From Rickettsiales bacterium (GTDB lineage Bacteria > Pseudomonadota > Alphaproteobacteria > Rickettsiales > CANDYO01), in the NCBI GenBank assembly GCA_965228885.1, contig OZ245841.1:483716-547715 (forward strand): a DNA stretch of 64,000 nt, in the 5' to 3' direction. A model generated the notes under the pieces. The model saw nothing but the letters and a program-made list of their open reading frames with translations, was not told the origin of the DNA and made no database searches. Both the position numbers and the translations under genes were made by a program. This document shows positions 12,848 through 22,618 of the stretch, one piece after another. Positions within the stretch are counted from its first letter, which is position 1, and every line of letters begins with the position of its first letter.

Positions 12848-13765
12848 ATGGACAGCAACTCCCCTTTTGATGCAAACGACGTTAAACAGGCGATGATCTT
12901 AAGTGAGTTATCATATAAGGAATTGCAAAATAATAATATCCGTACTTTTTCTAAAAAAGATGGAACTCCAATAGGAATAGTCAAAAAAAAAGAAAACAAA
13001 TTATTTATATGTTTTAGAGGGACCACCACCTATGAAGAAGCAATAAATGACTTAAATATTAAACCCGCATCTATTACTAGCCAAAACGAAGATCCTATTC
13101 ATGTTCATAAAGGATTCCATGATCTATACAAAGATTGTGAAGAGTCTATGAATAATGCAATTACTGAGCTAAGCAAGAATAGCGACATCAAAGAAATGAT
13201 TTTCACAGGCCATAGCGCAGGGGCCGCTCTGTCTCAAGTGGCATCTTTAAATCATAAACTGCAAAATTCTGGTACAGACGTTAAAAATATAACTTTTGGT
13301 GGCCCTCGGGTGTTCTTTAAAAATGGAGCGCAAAAATACAATAAACATCTAGGATCCAATACTTTACTAGTTCAACAAAAAAGAGATCCCGTTGTTCATT
13401 TGCCCCCACCTCCACTTTTTTCTCATGCTGGATATCATAGAATAAAGATGGAAGTTACAGATAAATCATTAGACACCCATCAACCCCAAGCCTACCTTAA
13501 CATCTGCAAAGAAATCACTGATAGAACCTTACAAGCAACTCATGCCAAAGCCATAGAAATAGAACACCGTATGAATCTTTCTCTAGAGAAAAAAAGATTA
13601 GAAAAATTAATCAAAAAGGATCGCTCAGAAAGAATAAAAAAAGCCTTGCAAGAAGCATCTAAATTAAATATAAAAGACTCTCTATCTATAATTCTAGATG
13701 GCAGAAAACGAAACTCATATAGAAAAGCACAAAAGAATATAAATAGTAAATCGAGAAGTCGATAA
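12848..13765 (+). CDS. class-3 (fungal-type) lipase family alpha/beta hydrolase with a basic C-terminal tail
   Basis: FICFRGT, HKGFHDLY, nucleophile elbow GHSAGAALS and RDPVVHLPPPP, in the order typical of the Lipase_3 family. The last ~90 aa are Lys/Arg-rich and end in KSRSR. Confidence 0.75.
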   Translation: MDSNSPFDANDVKQAMILSELSYKELQNNNIRTFSKKDGTPIGIVKKKENKLFICFRGTTTYEEAINDLNIKPASITSQNEDPIHVHKGFHDLYKDCEESMNNAITELSKNSDIKEMIFTGHSAGAALSQVASLNHKLQNSGTDVKNITFGGPRVFFKNGAQKYNKHLGSNTLLVQQKRDPVVHLPPPPLFSHAGYHRIKMEVTDKSLDTHQPQAYLNICKEITDRTLQATHAKAIEIEHRMNLSLEKKRLEKLIKKDRSERIKKALQEASKLNIKDSLSIILDGRKRNSYRKAQKNINSKSRSR

Positions 13766-13774
13766 GTCAATTTT

Positions 13775-15007
13775 TCACAACAAGGATTTTAAATCCCCTA
13801 TTTTTACAACTTGTTCAATTCGAGTATCTAAATTTTTTAATTTCACGGAAGAGCTCTTCAATTCTTCTTCGCCAATGAATATAGCAAATTGACAGTTGTT
13901 TTTAACTGCATTTTTTAAGGCTTTATCAAATTTTATAGAGCCATCAAACTGCACAGCAATATCGTTATTTCTTAAATCATTGACTATTCTTAGCGCTTGT
14001 TTTTGAGCCATTTTATCTTGAAGAATCACAGCACAAGGGCGAGAAACTTCTTCAGGCAAATTACATAATAAAGCTAATCGTTCTATTCCGGCTGCAAAGC
14101 CTATTCCTTCTGTCTCATCTCCACCTAGTAATTTAATTAAACCATTATATCTCCCGCCACCAAGAACAGTGCCTTGAGCTCCAAGTTCTGAAGTCGTAAA
14201 TTCAAATGCAGTATGGTTATAATAATCAAGGCCACGAACAAGTTTTGAATTAACCCTAAATTCAATCCCAAGCAGAACTAAATATTCCTGCAATTTAGCA
14301 AAGAAATCTTCTGCCTCAGCTGTAAAATGGTCATTAATTTTAGGTGCTTTAGCTATAAGTTTTTTATCTCCTTCATCTTTAGAATCTAAAATCCTTAGAG
14401 GGTTTTTATAGAGTCTAATTTTGCTATCATGAGACAAATCATTTTCAAATTCTTTTAAATATTCTACTAAAACATTCTGATAGTTCTTGCGAGTTTGAGC
14501 GCAACCTAAAGAATTTAACTCTAAGCTAGTATGTTTCAATACATCAATTTTATCCAGCAAAGATGCTGCCATAGCAATCATTTCTGCATCAACCTCAGGG
14601 CTTGCTGCCCCTAAAAATTCATAATTTAACTGATGAAATTGTCTTTGTCTTCCCTTTTGGGGGCGCTCGTAACGAAATAATGGACCATGAGTAAATAATT
14701 TTAATGGCAATAACTGTTTAAATCCATTAGAAATATAGGACCTACAAACACTTGCGGTAAATTCAGGACGCAAAGTGATTTCCTCTCCTCCTTTATCAAG
14801 AAAACTATACATTTCTTTGCCAACAACGTCTGAAGATTCACCTAAGCTACGTTTAAACACATTGCTAAATTCAAAAATTGGCGTTGAAATGCCTTGATAT
14901 CCGTAGAGACTTGCTGTTCTTTTGGCGCTATCTATAATGTATTCATGCTTGGCATAATCTTCGCCAAAAAGGTCTTTTGTTCCACGAACGGGCTGTAATT
15001 TTTCCAT
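13775..15007 (-). CDS. hisS: histidine--tRNA ligase
   Basis: 410 aa with class II motifs (FRYERPQKGRQRQFHQ, GGGRYNGL). Confidence 0.95.
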   Translation of the reverse strand: MEKLQPVRGTKDLFGEDYAKHEYIIDSAKRTASLYGYQGISTPIFEFSNVFKRSLGESSDVVGKEMYSFLDKGGEEITLRPEFTASVCRSYISNGFKQLLPLKLFTHGPLFRYERPQKGRQRQFHQLNYEFLGAASPEVDAEMIAMAASLLDKIDVLKHTSLELNSLGCAQTRKNYQNVLVEYLKEFENDLSHDSKIRLYKNPLRILDSKDEGDKKLIAKAPKINDHFTAEAEDFFAKLQEYLVLLGIEFRVNSKLVRGLDYYNHTAFEFTTSELGAQGTVLGGGRYNGLIKLLGGDETEGIGFAAGIERLALLCNLPEEVSRPCAVILQDKMAQKQALRIVNDLRNNDIAVQFDGSIKFDKALKNAVKNNCQFAIFIGEEELKSSSVKLKNLDTRIEQVVKIGDLKSLL

Positions 15008-15019
15008 AGAGATTCTCTA

Positions 15020-16495
15020 TTATTGCTTTACTCTTATTGTATAATAAGTAAAGTAAAAAGCAATGCCTGTTCCAATCCAAATCATTGCATATAACCCCAC
15101 TTCCTTCATTGCAGCAATCAACAGAACAGAACATAGCAACACTCCCATTGTACTGACAAAATAAACCCAAGGACATTTGAACGGACGCTTAACTTTTGGA
15201 TATTTATGACGAAGTACAACTAAAGCCAGTCCCACAACTATGAAAGAAAACAACGTTCCCACACTTGACAAAGTGCCCACAACATCCAAAGGAACAAAAC
15301 CAGCAATAAAAGAGGCAATCACCCCAAAGGTTATAGTGGCCATATGAGGAGTACGATATTTTTTATGAACTTTAGCTAAAAAGGAAGGAAGCAATCCATC
15401 TCTTGCAGTGGCCAATATGATTCTTGATAAAGCAAAAAGATGTACCAAGATCACAGCTAACATACCAACAATCACGCCAGCTGAAATTACTGATGCCATA
15501 ATGCTATGCCCCTTGATACTTAAAGCGCTAGAAAGTGGGCTGCTAATATCAATTAAGTCAAATGGTACCATTCCAACTAATAAAGCTGACACAAACATAT
15601 ATAAAATCATACATACTGACAAAGATCCTAATATAGCAATCATTAAATCTCGCTTAGGACGCTTACATTCCTCAGCTGTAGATGCAATTGCATCAAAGCC
15701 ATTATAGGCAAAAAACACAAAAGCAGCTCCTGTCATAACACCAGAAACACCAAATGGCATAAAAGGGCTGCTTAATAATATATCAGGCTGAAATGGATGA
15801 TTATGTTCAAACCAATTAGTTGCATCAAAATGGGGAATTGCCACATATACAAATAAAGCAATAGCAATAACTTTAGTTGCCACTAATATTAAGGTAATGG
15901 AAACACTTTCTTTAGTACCTCTAACTAATATCGCCGCAATGAATAAACAAATAATACTAGCTGGTAAATTTATTATTCCTCCCTGGGCGGGAGATTGAGC
16001 TAAATACAGAGGGAAATCTATACCTCCTTCGCTTAACATACTAACCATATATCCAGACCAACTAACAGCCACTGTTGCTGCTGATGTTACAAAATAAAGA
16101 GTCATCATCCAGGAAACTATCCAAGCAACAATCTCTCCAAAAGCAACAAAAGCGTATGAATATGCACCACCTGAACTTGGAATCATCGAAGCAATTTCAG
16201 TATATACCAAGGCTATAAAAATTGCCGTAACTCCAGCAATTGCATAAGATGCTATCACCGCCGGACCAGACATTTGGCTAGCGGCAACTCCAGTCATACT
16301 AAATATTCCAGTACCAATAATGGCTCCAAAAGCTAGCAAAAGCAGATGCCAAACGCTCAAAGTTTTAGTCAAGCCGCTCTTTCTACCTGTATTCTCTAAT
16401 GCTTCTTTTATAGTTTTTAGCTTGAATATATTCATATTTTGTCTCTTTAAATAAACAGAAAGGAATTGACAAACAGGATAGAGCAAAAGAGACAT
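15020..16495 (-). CDS. APC-family amino acid permease
   Basis: Polytopic membrane protein of about 12 TM segments with an APC-like N-terminal region (LTKTLSVWHLLLLAFGAIIGTGIF). A likelier start is the Met at 16435 (MNIFKLK). Confidence 0.85.
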   Translation of the reverse strand: MSLLLYPVCQFLSVYLKRQNMNIFKLKTIKEALENTGRKSGLTKTLSVWHLLLLAFGAIIGTGIFSMTGVAASQMSGPAVIASYAIAGVTAIFIALVYTEIASMIPSSGGAYSYAFVAFGEIVAWIVSWMMTLYFVTSAATVAVSWSGYMVSMLSEGGIDFPLYLAQSPAQGGIINLPASIICLFIAAILVRGTKESVSITLILVATKVIAIALFVYVAIPHFDATNWFEHNHPFQPDILLSSPFMPFGVSGVMTGAAFVFFAYNGFDAIASTAEECKRPKRDLMIAILGSLSVCMILYMFVSALLVGMVPFDLIDISSPLSSALSIKGHSIMASVISAGVIVGMLAVILVHLFALSRIILATARDGLLPSFLAKVHKKYRTPHMATITFGVIASFIAGFVPLDVVGTLSSVGTLFSFIVVGLALVVLRHKYPKVKRPFKCPWVYFVSTMGVLLCSVLLIAAMKEVGLYAMIWIGTGIAFYFTYYTIRVKQ

Positions 16496-16789
16496 TTGTC
16501 AATGTGGATGAATTTTTTAATTATTTAACATAAGCAAAGCTCAATTGGAATCTAATCTTTCTTGCTGACAACAAAGATGATAATTGGCATTAACAAAAAT
16601 TCTAAATATGGATCAATAACCCTAAAAGGTGAAACTATTGATGATTTAGAATACTTTAAAACGTATGAACCAGCAGGAAGTAACGCTAAGCAAAAAGTTG
16701 TAATATACGATTCACTATCCCAAGTAACATTTTATTACTAGCTGTATATCCGGTGCAATCCCCCCCCCTAGCTTAAACCTGTAAAAACT

Positions 16790-18427
16790 TCACTCTTCTT
16801 TAATTAGGCTCAAGGCTGCTTGCATAGCTGGTTCGGTAATATTAATACCAGCCAGCATGCGGGCTATTTCTTTAGTTTTCTCCTCAAAACTTAAATCATT
16901 GATATTCGTTTGAGCAATAGTTCCTGTAGATTTAGCTGCCAATAAATGTTGGCTTGCTTTCGAAGCCACCTGTGGTTGGTGAGAAATGGCTATAATTTGA
17001 TTACTTTCTGCTAGCTTTTTCATTCTATTGCCAATGGTTTGAGCAACTGCACCGCCAGTTCCTGAATCTATTTCATCAAATATTATGGTGGTTTTTAGGT
17101 TAATTTCAGCTAGAGCAACTTTGAAAGCCAGCATTATTCTTGATAATTCACCACCAGAGGCAATCTCATTTATCCCCGCAAAAGAAAATCCCTTATTGGT
17201 TTTTATTAAGAAGCTAGCTTGATCTATGCCTTTTATGTGAATAGGTCTTAATTCATCTGAGTTAATTTCTATTTTAAACTCAACCTGTTCTAATTTTAGC
17301 TGCTGTAATTCTTTTAAAATCCTGCTTTCTAATTTTTTGGCGGCCTGTTTTCTCTTCTGCGACAATGCCTCTGCCTTTATAAAATATTCTTTTAATAAAG
17401 CGTCTTTTTTTGCCGTTTTTTCTTTTATAAATTGTTCAATATTAGCTAATTTGCTCAGTTTATCTTGTTCTTCTTTGCCAACATTCAATAACTGATCAGA
17501 TGTACAGCGATATTTTCTAGATAATTCTTTTATTTTAGAAAGTCTCTCTTCAATATCTTCTATACTATCATTAGAATCAAAATCCCTTAACTTAGATTCT
17601 GCCATAGCTTGCAGTTCATCTAAATGAAATATTGTTGATTCTATTTTTTCATCTAATTCTGCACTATATTCTAATTTACTTAAATTTCTTTGCGATCTAA
17701 CTAATTTTTGAATAATTCCATCATCCCGACCAAAAGCAGAGATTAAACCTTCTATTGCAGAGATTATTTTTATTCTATCATTGAATAATTTCTTTTTGCC
17801 TATCAACTCTAATTCTTCACCTTCTTGAAGATTAAGAGCCTCTATCTCATTAAATGAATGTTCTATGAATTCTTTATTTTTTTCTAATTCATGTTTTTCC
17901 TTTAAAGACTCTTCAATATCAGCATTTAACTTTGTAATCTGTTGATAAAATGAGTAAACCTCTTCTAACAAAATATTTTCATTAGCAAATTGATCAATTA
18001 TATTAAGGCAATTACTCTGAGAAAAAGCCTCTAATTGTTTATGCTGTGAGTGAAACTCCACTAATTCTTCACTAACTTTCTTCAAATATTTTAAAGTGAC
18101 CGGAACGTCATTAATAAATGCTTTGCCTTTATTAGATGAATTTAATACTCGTCTGAGAATAACCTCATTATCCTCTATCTCTATATCATTTTCATTTAAT
18201 ATTTGAATTAAATTTTGATTATCTTGATTTAATCTAAATTGAGCAATTACAGATACGTCTAAAGGATCTGTAATATCCAATTTTTCTCCCAATACAAATC
18301 GCAAAGCTTTAATAAGCATAGATTTACCAGAACCTGTCTCTCCTGTAATAGCAGTAAAATTGCCATTAAAAGAAATCTCCTGTTTTTTAAAAAGTAGAAA
18401 ATTATTTATCCTGAGAAACTGAAGCAT
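16790..18427 (-). CDS. recN: DNA repair protein RecN
   Basis: N-terminal Walker A GETGSGKSM, a long coiled-coil middle, and a C-terminal SGGELSRIMLA signature with Walker B (IIFDEIDSG). Confidence 0.93.
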   Translation of the reverse strand: MLQFLRINNFLLFKKQEISFNGNFTAITGETGSGKSMLIKALRFVLGEKLDITDPLDVSVIAQFRLNQDNQNLIQILNENDIEIEDNEVILRRVLNSSNKGKAFINDVPVTLKYLKKVSEELVEFHSQHKQLEAFSQSNCLNIIDQFANENILLEEVYSFYQQITKLNADIEESLKEKHELEKNKEFIEHSFNEIEALNLQEGEELELIGKKKLFNDRIKIISAIEGLISAFGRDDGIIQKLVRSQRNLSKLEYSAELDEKIESTIFHLDELQAMAESKLRDFDSNDSIEDIEERLSKIKELSRKYRCTSDQLLNVGKEEQDKLSKLANIEQFIKEKTAKKDALLKEYFIKAEALSQKRKQAAKKLESRILKELQQLKLEQVEFKIEINSDELRPIHIKGIDQASFLIKTNKGFSFAGINEIASGGELSRIMLAFKVALAEINLKTTIIFDEIDSGTGGAVAQTIGNRMKKLAESNQIIAISHQPQVASKASQHLLAAKSTGTIAQTNINDLSFEEKTKEIARMLAGINITEPAMQAALSLIKEE

Positions 18428-19172
18428 TTTCTTCCATTAAAAATTCGTAATTATACTCATACCACTTACTATCTGGATAGTTATCTCCTAAAACCGCAGC
18501 ATATCTTTTGGCTTGCACTTTAACACCTAAACTATAATAACACATAGATAATCTATATAAAGCCTCTTCAATGTGAGTGGTGGTTTGATATTGATCAACC
18601 ACAACTTTAAAACGATTAATCGCCGCAATAACATCCCCCTTTTGTAAATAGAAGCGCCCTATTTCCATCTCTTTACCAGCTAAATGATCCAGCACCAGAT
18701 TAATCTTAAACCTTGCATCCCTAGAATATTCACTATCTGGAAATCTGTTTATAAGATCTGTTAATGCGTCTTTCGCCTTTTCTGTTATTTGCTGATCTAA
18801 TTTGATAGTCACAATCTGATCATAATAACATATAGCCTTTAAATAATAAGCATATTCTATACTTTTCTCTCCTGGATATAAACTTATATAGTCATTTAAG
18901 CCTGCAATTGCATATTCAAATTTACTTAACTTGTAATAAGCATAGCATTCCATTAACTGAGCCTCTCCTGCTATTGTGGAGTAAGGATATTCCTGACCTA
19001 TTCTTTCAAAATATTTAATAGATTCAGCATATGATCCTTTCTTTAAATAAACCATTCCATCACTATATAACTGTTCAGGTGTTAAATTTGCTAATTTATC
19101 CTCTTTTGTCTTAGCGCACCCCAAAACCAAACAACATAGTAATATAGCTATAATTTTATTAAAAATTTTCAT
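18402..19172 (-). CDS. bamD: outer membrane protein assembly factor BamD (YfiO) lipoprotein
   Basis: Lipobox LVLGC followed by TPR-like repeats. Size and context are typical. Confidence 0.8.
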   Translation of the reverse strand: MKIFNKIIAILLCCLVLGCAKTKEDKLANLTPEQLYSDGMVYLKKGSYAESIKYFERIGQEYPYSTIAGEAQLMECYAYYKLSKFEYAIAGLNDYISLYPGEKSIEYAYYLKAICYYDQIVTIKLDQQITEKAKDALTDLINRFPDSEYSRDARFKINLVLDHLAGKEMEIGRFYLQKGDVIAAINRFKVVVDQYQTTTHIEEALYRLSMCYYSLGVKVQAKRYAAVLGDNYPDSKWYEYNYEFLMEENASVSQDK

Positions 19173-19184
19173 ATAAAATCTCTT

Positions 19185-19856
19185 TTAATTATTCCAAATT
19201 GGTTCTTTTATAGTTTTAACAAACTCAGCATGAGCCTCTAATTCTTCCTTAGAAGCATTATAATTACGCGCTTCTCTAAACTCCTTTTTAATAATCACTC
19301 CCTTAGCTTTATTCTCCACATCATTTTCTGTTTTAATTAATAGGTGTTTTTCTAAAAGATGAAGATAAACTTCATAAAGGAGCTCCACATCTATTATTGC
19401 TCCATGCTTATCTCTCTTTGATAGAGAAATTTTAAACCTTTTACATAAGGCATCTAGATTCGCTGGAGATCCTGGGAATTTTCTTCTTGCCAAGCTTAAA
19501 GTATCCACCACTTCATTTAAGTTGATCAATGGATGTCCTAATTCTTTTAATTCATAATTTAAGAAACCAACGTCAAATTTTGCATTATGAATCACCAAAG
19601 TAGAGTCCTTGATAAACTCAACAAATTCAGCCGCAATTTCAGAAAAAACTTTTTTATCTAATAAAAACTCTGTAGAAATTCCATGAACTTTAAAAGCTCC
19701 TTCAGGAACATCTCTCTTAGGGTTTATATATGTATGAAATATATTTCCTGTTTTAACTCCATCAACAACTTCCATTGCACAAATTTCTATTAATTTATGT
19801 CCTTCTTCTGGCTTTAAACCTGTTGTCTCTGTATCAAGAATTATTTCTCTTTTCAT
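19185..19856 (-). CDS. dnaQ: DNA polymerase III epsilon subunit (3'-5' exonuclease)
   Basis: Exo I motif ILDTETTGL, plus HNAKFDVGFL and HGAIIDVELL motifs. Confidence 0.92.
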   Translation of the reverse strand: MKREIILDTETTGLKPEEGHKLIEICAMEVVDGVKTGNIFHTYINPKRDVPEGAFKVHGISTEFLLDKKVFSEIAAEFVEFIKDSTLVIHNAKFDVGFLNYELKELGHPLINLNEVVDTLSLARRKFPGSPANLDALCKRFKISLSKRDKHGAIIDVELLYEVYLHLLEKHLLIKTENDVENKAKGVIIKKEFREARNYNASKEELEAHAEFVKTIKEPIWNN

Positions 19857-20443
19857 AAAGCTTCCTGCTCTTTAAATAAAATTTCTTCTATCTGCTTTCT
19901 TGTGTAATCTTCTGATACCTCAGTATAAACAATATAATCAGTTAATAAAGCCTTAAGATTGATGGGCATCTGCTGTTTTATTATAAAATTAAATCTATCA
20001 CTATCTATGTTTTTTCTAGATAAAGCTCTTTCTCTTTGTACTCTCTCGCTACAATATGTGGTTATAACTTTATTGCAATATTTTTTATAGTTTTTTTCAA
20101 AAAGAAGCGGTATTTCTAATACTATAATTTTATCTAATTCTTTGCTTTTTATAAAATCTTGAGCTTCTTTTTCCACTAAAGGATGTAAAATCTTTTCTAA
20201 AGATACTAAAGCTTCTTTGTCATTAAATACTGTTTTAGATAATAACTTCTTATCAACTTTATTGTCTAGTATTGCTAAAGATAATTTAGAACAATTCTTT
20301 ATAAGATTTATAACTTCTTGTGATTCCAATAACTTAGCAACTTCAAAATCAGAATCAAATACGGCCATATTTTTCTCTTTAAATATATCCGCAACAAAGC
20401 TTTTTCCAGTTGCTATTGATCCAGTTAACCCTATCACTATCAT
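19853..20443 (-). CDS. coaE: dephospho-CoA kinase
   Basis: P-loop GLTGSIATGKS at the N-terminus, 196 aa, with a 4-nt overlap with dnaQ. Confidence 0.9.
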   Translation of the reverse strand: MIVIGLTGSIATGKSFVADIFKEKNMAVFDSDFEVAKLLESQEVINLIKNCSKLSLAILDNKVDKKLLSKTVFNDKEALVSLEKILHPLVEKEAQDFIKSKELDKIIVLEIPLLFEKNYKKYCNKVITTYCSERVQRERALSRKNIDSDRFNFIIKQQMPINLKALLTDYIVYTEVSEDYTRKQIEEILFKEQEAL

Positions 20444-20445
20444 AT

Positions 20446-21261
20446 TTATAAGGAATTCCTTTGATTATAAATTGTTATAATATTAGCAGCCACTTCCTCA
20501 ACTGATTTTCTAGTTACATCAATAATTGGCCAATTATTCTGTTTATATATTTTTTTGACCTCTGCCAATTCTTGATAAACTAAATCATGATCTACATAAC
20601 CATGATTACTAATATCATTTATATTAACTAATCTATTTTTTCTAATGTCCACTAATCTTTCTGGGTTAATTAATAATCCCACTACCAATGTCTTTTCCAT
20701 TTTTTTTAGTGAATCTGGAAGGTTTTGTCCAAGTACATATGGTATATTTGCTGTTTTATACCCTCTATATGCCAAATAAACTGAAGTTGGAGATTTTGAA
20801 GTTCTTGATGGACCGATTAAGATAATATCAGCAGACTCAAGATCCATGCTAATTTGGCCATCATCATGAGCCAAAGAGAAATTAATTGCATTCATTCTTT
20901 TAAAATATTCTTCATCAAGAGCATGCTGTCTTCCTGAGTGATTGATAGCTTTTATTTTTAAATATCCAGATAAAGATTTAACAACTTCAGATAAAACAGG
21001 TATAGCTAATATATGTAGTTTAGAGCAAATTTCACTTAAATATTCTTTTAACTCATCGTTAGCCATAGTAAACATTACAATTCCATGATCTTTTTCCAAT
21101 GCCTTAGCAAGTCTGTCTATTTGCCCTTTTGTTCTAACCAAAGACCATAAATGTTCTTCCACTCTTACCCCATCAAAATGAGCCAAGGAAGATCTAGCAA
21201 CACTTAAAACTGTTTCACCTGTAGAGTCTGATACTAAATATATATGAACTGTTTTTTTCAT
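20446..21261 (-). CDS. pyruvate,phosphate dikinase regulatory protein-like kinase/pyrophosphorylase (DUF299, RP001/CC0001 homolog)
   Basis: VSDSTGET near the N-terminus, and P-loop GPSRTSKSPTSVYLAYRGYKTANIPYV. Confidence 0.88.
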   Translation of the reverse strand: MKKTVHIYLVSDSTGETVLSVARSSLAHFDGVRVEEHLWSLVRTKGQIDRLAKALEKDHGIVMFTMANDELKEYLSEICSKLHILAIPVLSEVVKSLSGYLKIKAINHSGRQHALDEEYFKRMNAINFSLAHDDGQISMDLESADIILIGPSRTSKSPTSVYLAYRGYKTANIPYVLGQNLPDSLKKMEKTLVVGLLINPERLVDIRKNRLVNINDISNHGYVDHDLVYQELAEVKKIYKQNNWPIIDVTRKSVEEVAANIITIYNQRNSL

Positions 21262-21487
21262 TGTTTTATCTCTTGTGAATAAATAACTGTATAACTCACT
21301 GTAAATCCCTTTGTATAATTATGTTACAAAGTTGCTAACAATTTTCACTACATATTACTACAAACAGATTACACATGTTAATAATTTATTTTTAATCTAT
21401 GTGGATATTGTGAATGTTTTTTTTATTATATCATTGGAAGCCTTTTAAAATATAATTTTTTAGCATAATATTTGAAATATCAATATC

Positions 21488-21496
21488 TGTGGATAA
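21488..21496 (-). promoter_or_regulatory. DnaA box, perfect (TGTGGATAA, complement of TTATCCACA)
   Basis: Exact 9/9 match read from the sequence. Confidence 0.6.
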
Positions 21497-21512
21497 CTTT
21501 GTTGATTTATTT

Positions 21513-21521
21513 TTATCCACA
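21513..21521 (+). promoter_or_regulatory. DnaA box, perfect (TTATCCACA)
   Basis: Exact 9/9 match, inverted relative to the box at 21488..21496 and separated from it by 16 bp. Confidence 0.6.
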
Positions 21522-21576
21522 TAATACAGTAGCCTACTAACAACTACTATTCTTAAAAAAAGAAAATATATATTAT

Positions 21577-22608
21577 ATGTCTAAATCTATCTTGGAAACT
21601 TTTAACAAAAATAATAAAACTACAGATATCCCCATTTGGCTAATGAGACAAGCAGGAAGATACTTGCCTGAATATAGAAAAGTTAGATCTGAAACAAAGG
21701 GGTTCTTAGATTTATGTTATAATTCAGATTTAGCTTGTGAAGTTACACTTCAACCAATTAGAAGATTTAAGCTTGATGCAGCAATAATATTTTCAGATAT
21801 TTTAGTTGTTCCAGACGCTATGGGGGTGAAAGTAGACTTTAAAGAAAATCATGGCCCTATTTTAGAAAAAATTCAAACTAAAGAATCTTTAGAATTAGCC
21901 TTAAATAAACAGGATAACAATAAATTATCCCCTATTTATCAGGCAATAAAAAAAACTAAAGAGCAATTGCCTAAAGATATAGCTTTAATAGGTTTTTCTG
22001 GAGCAGTTTGGACTATAGCTTCATATATGGTGGAAGGAAAATTATCTAGAGATTTATCGGTAATAAAACCTATTTATTATAATGATAAAAAATTCTTTGA
22101 AATGTTAATAGATCATTTAGTAGAAAATATCTCACAACATTTAATTAACCAGGTAAAGGCGGGAGTTGAGGTATTACAAATTTTTGATAGTTGGGCTGGA
22201 ATGTTAATTGGTGAAGATTACGAAAATTTAATTATAAAACCAACTCAAAGAATCATTGAAAAGGTTAAAGCAGTCTATCCTGATATACCAATTATTTGTT
22301 TCCCTAGAATGAGTGGTTTACAATATGAAAAATTTTGTCAAGAAGTGGATTGTCAGGCTATTGGAATTGATCAATATATGTCATTAGACTGGATAAGAAA
22401 GCATAATAATGGAAAAATTATCCAAGGAAATTTAGATCCTCTGGTTTTGTTAAGTCAATCAAAGGATTTTATAAAAAGAAGAGTCGATCAAATTTTAAAC
22501 TCTATGAAAGGAGAAAAATTTATTTTTAACCTAGGGCATGGAGTTATTCCCAATATCCCTCCAGAAAACGTAGAATTTTTAGTAAATCATATAAAAATAC
22601 ACAAATAG
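21577..22608 (+). CDS. hemE: uroporphyrinogen decarboxylase
   Basis: PIWLMRQAGRYLPEY motif, 343 aa. Confidence 0.95.
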   Translation: MSKSILETFNKNNKTTDIPIWLMRQAGRYLPEYRKVRSETKGFLDLCYNSDLACEVTLQPIRRFKLDAAIIFSDILVVPDAMGVKVDFKENHGPILEKIQTKESLELALNKQDNNKLSPIYQAIKKTKEQLPKDIALIGFSGAVWTIASYMVEGKLSRDLSVIKPIYYNDKKFFEMLIDHLVENISQHLINQVKAGVEVLQIFDSWAGMLIGEDYENLIIKPTQRIIEKVKAVYPDIPIICFPRMSGLQYEKFCQEVDCQAIGIDQYMSLDWIRKHNNGKIIQGNLDPLVLLSQSKDFIKRRVDQILNSMKGEKFIFNLGHGVIPNIPPENVEFLVNHIKIHK

Positions 22609-22618
22609 AGAGTGTTTA

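Larger units (their letters stand above)
21262..21576. promoter_or_regulatory. candidate chromosomal replication origin (oriC) in the DUF299/hemE divergent intergenic region
   Basis: Two perfect DnaA boxes, two 8/9 boxes and very AT-rich spacer DNA, in the conserved alphaproteobacterial hemE-ori-RP001 context. Confidence 0.6.

Noticed and set aside
16577-16741. 54-aa plus-strand small ORF in the recN/permease spacer
   Set aside because: It is not reported as a feature because it has no convincing RBS, no recognisable motif and sits below the usual length threshold. It is kept only as a note in the finding on this spacer.
21378-21395. Possible CtrA binding site (TTAA-N7-TTAA) in the candidate origin
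   Set aside because: The two TTAA half-sites here are separated by 10 nt, not 7. I found no correctly spaced site, so no CtrA box is claimed.
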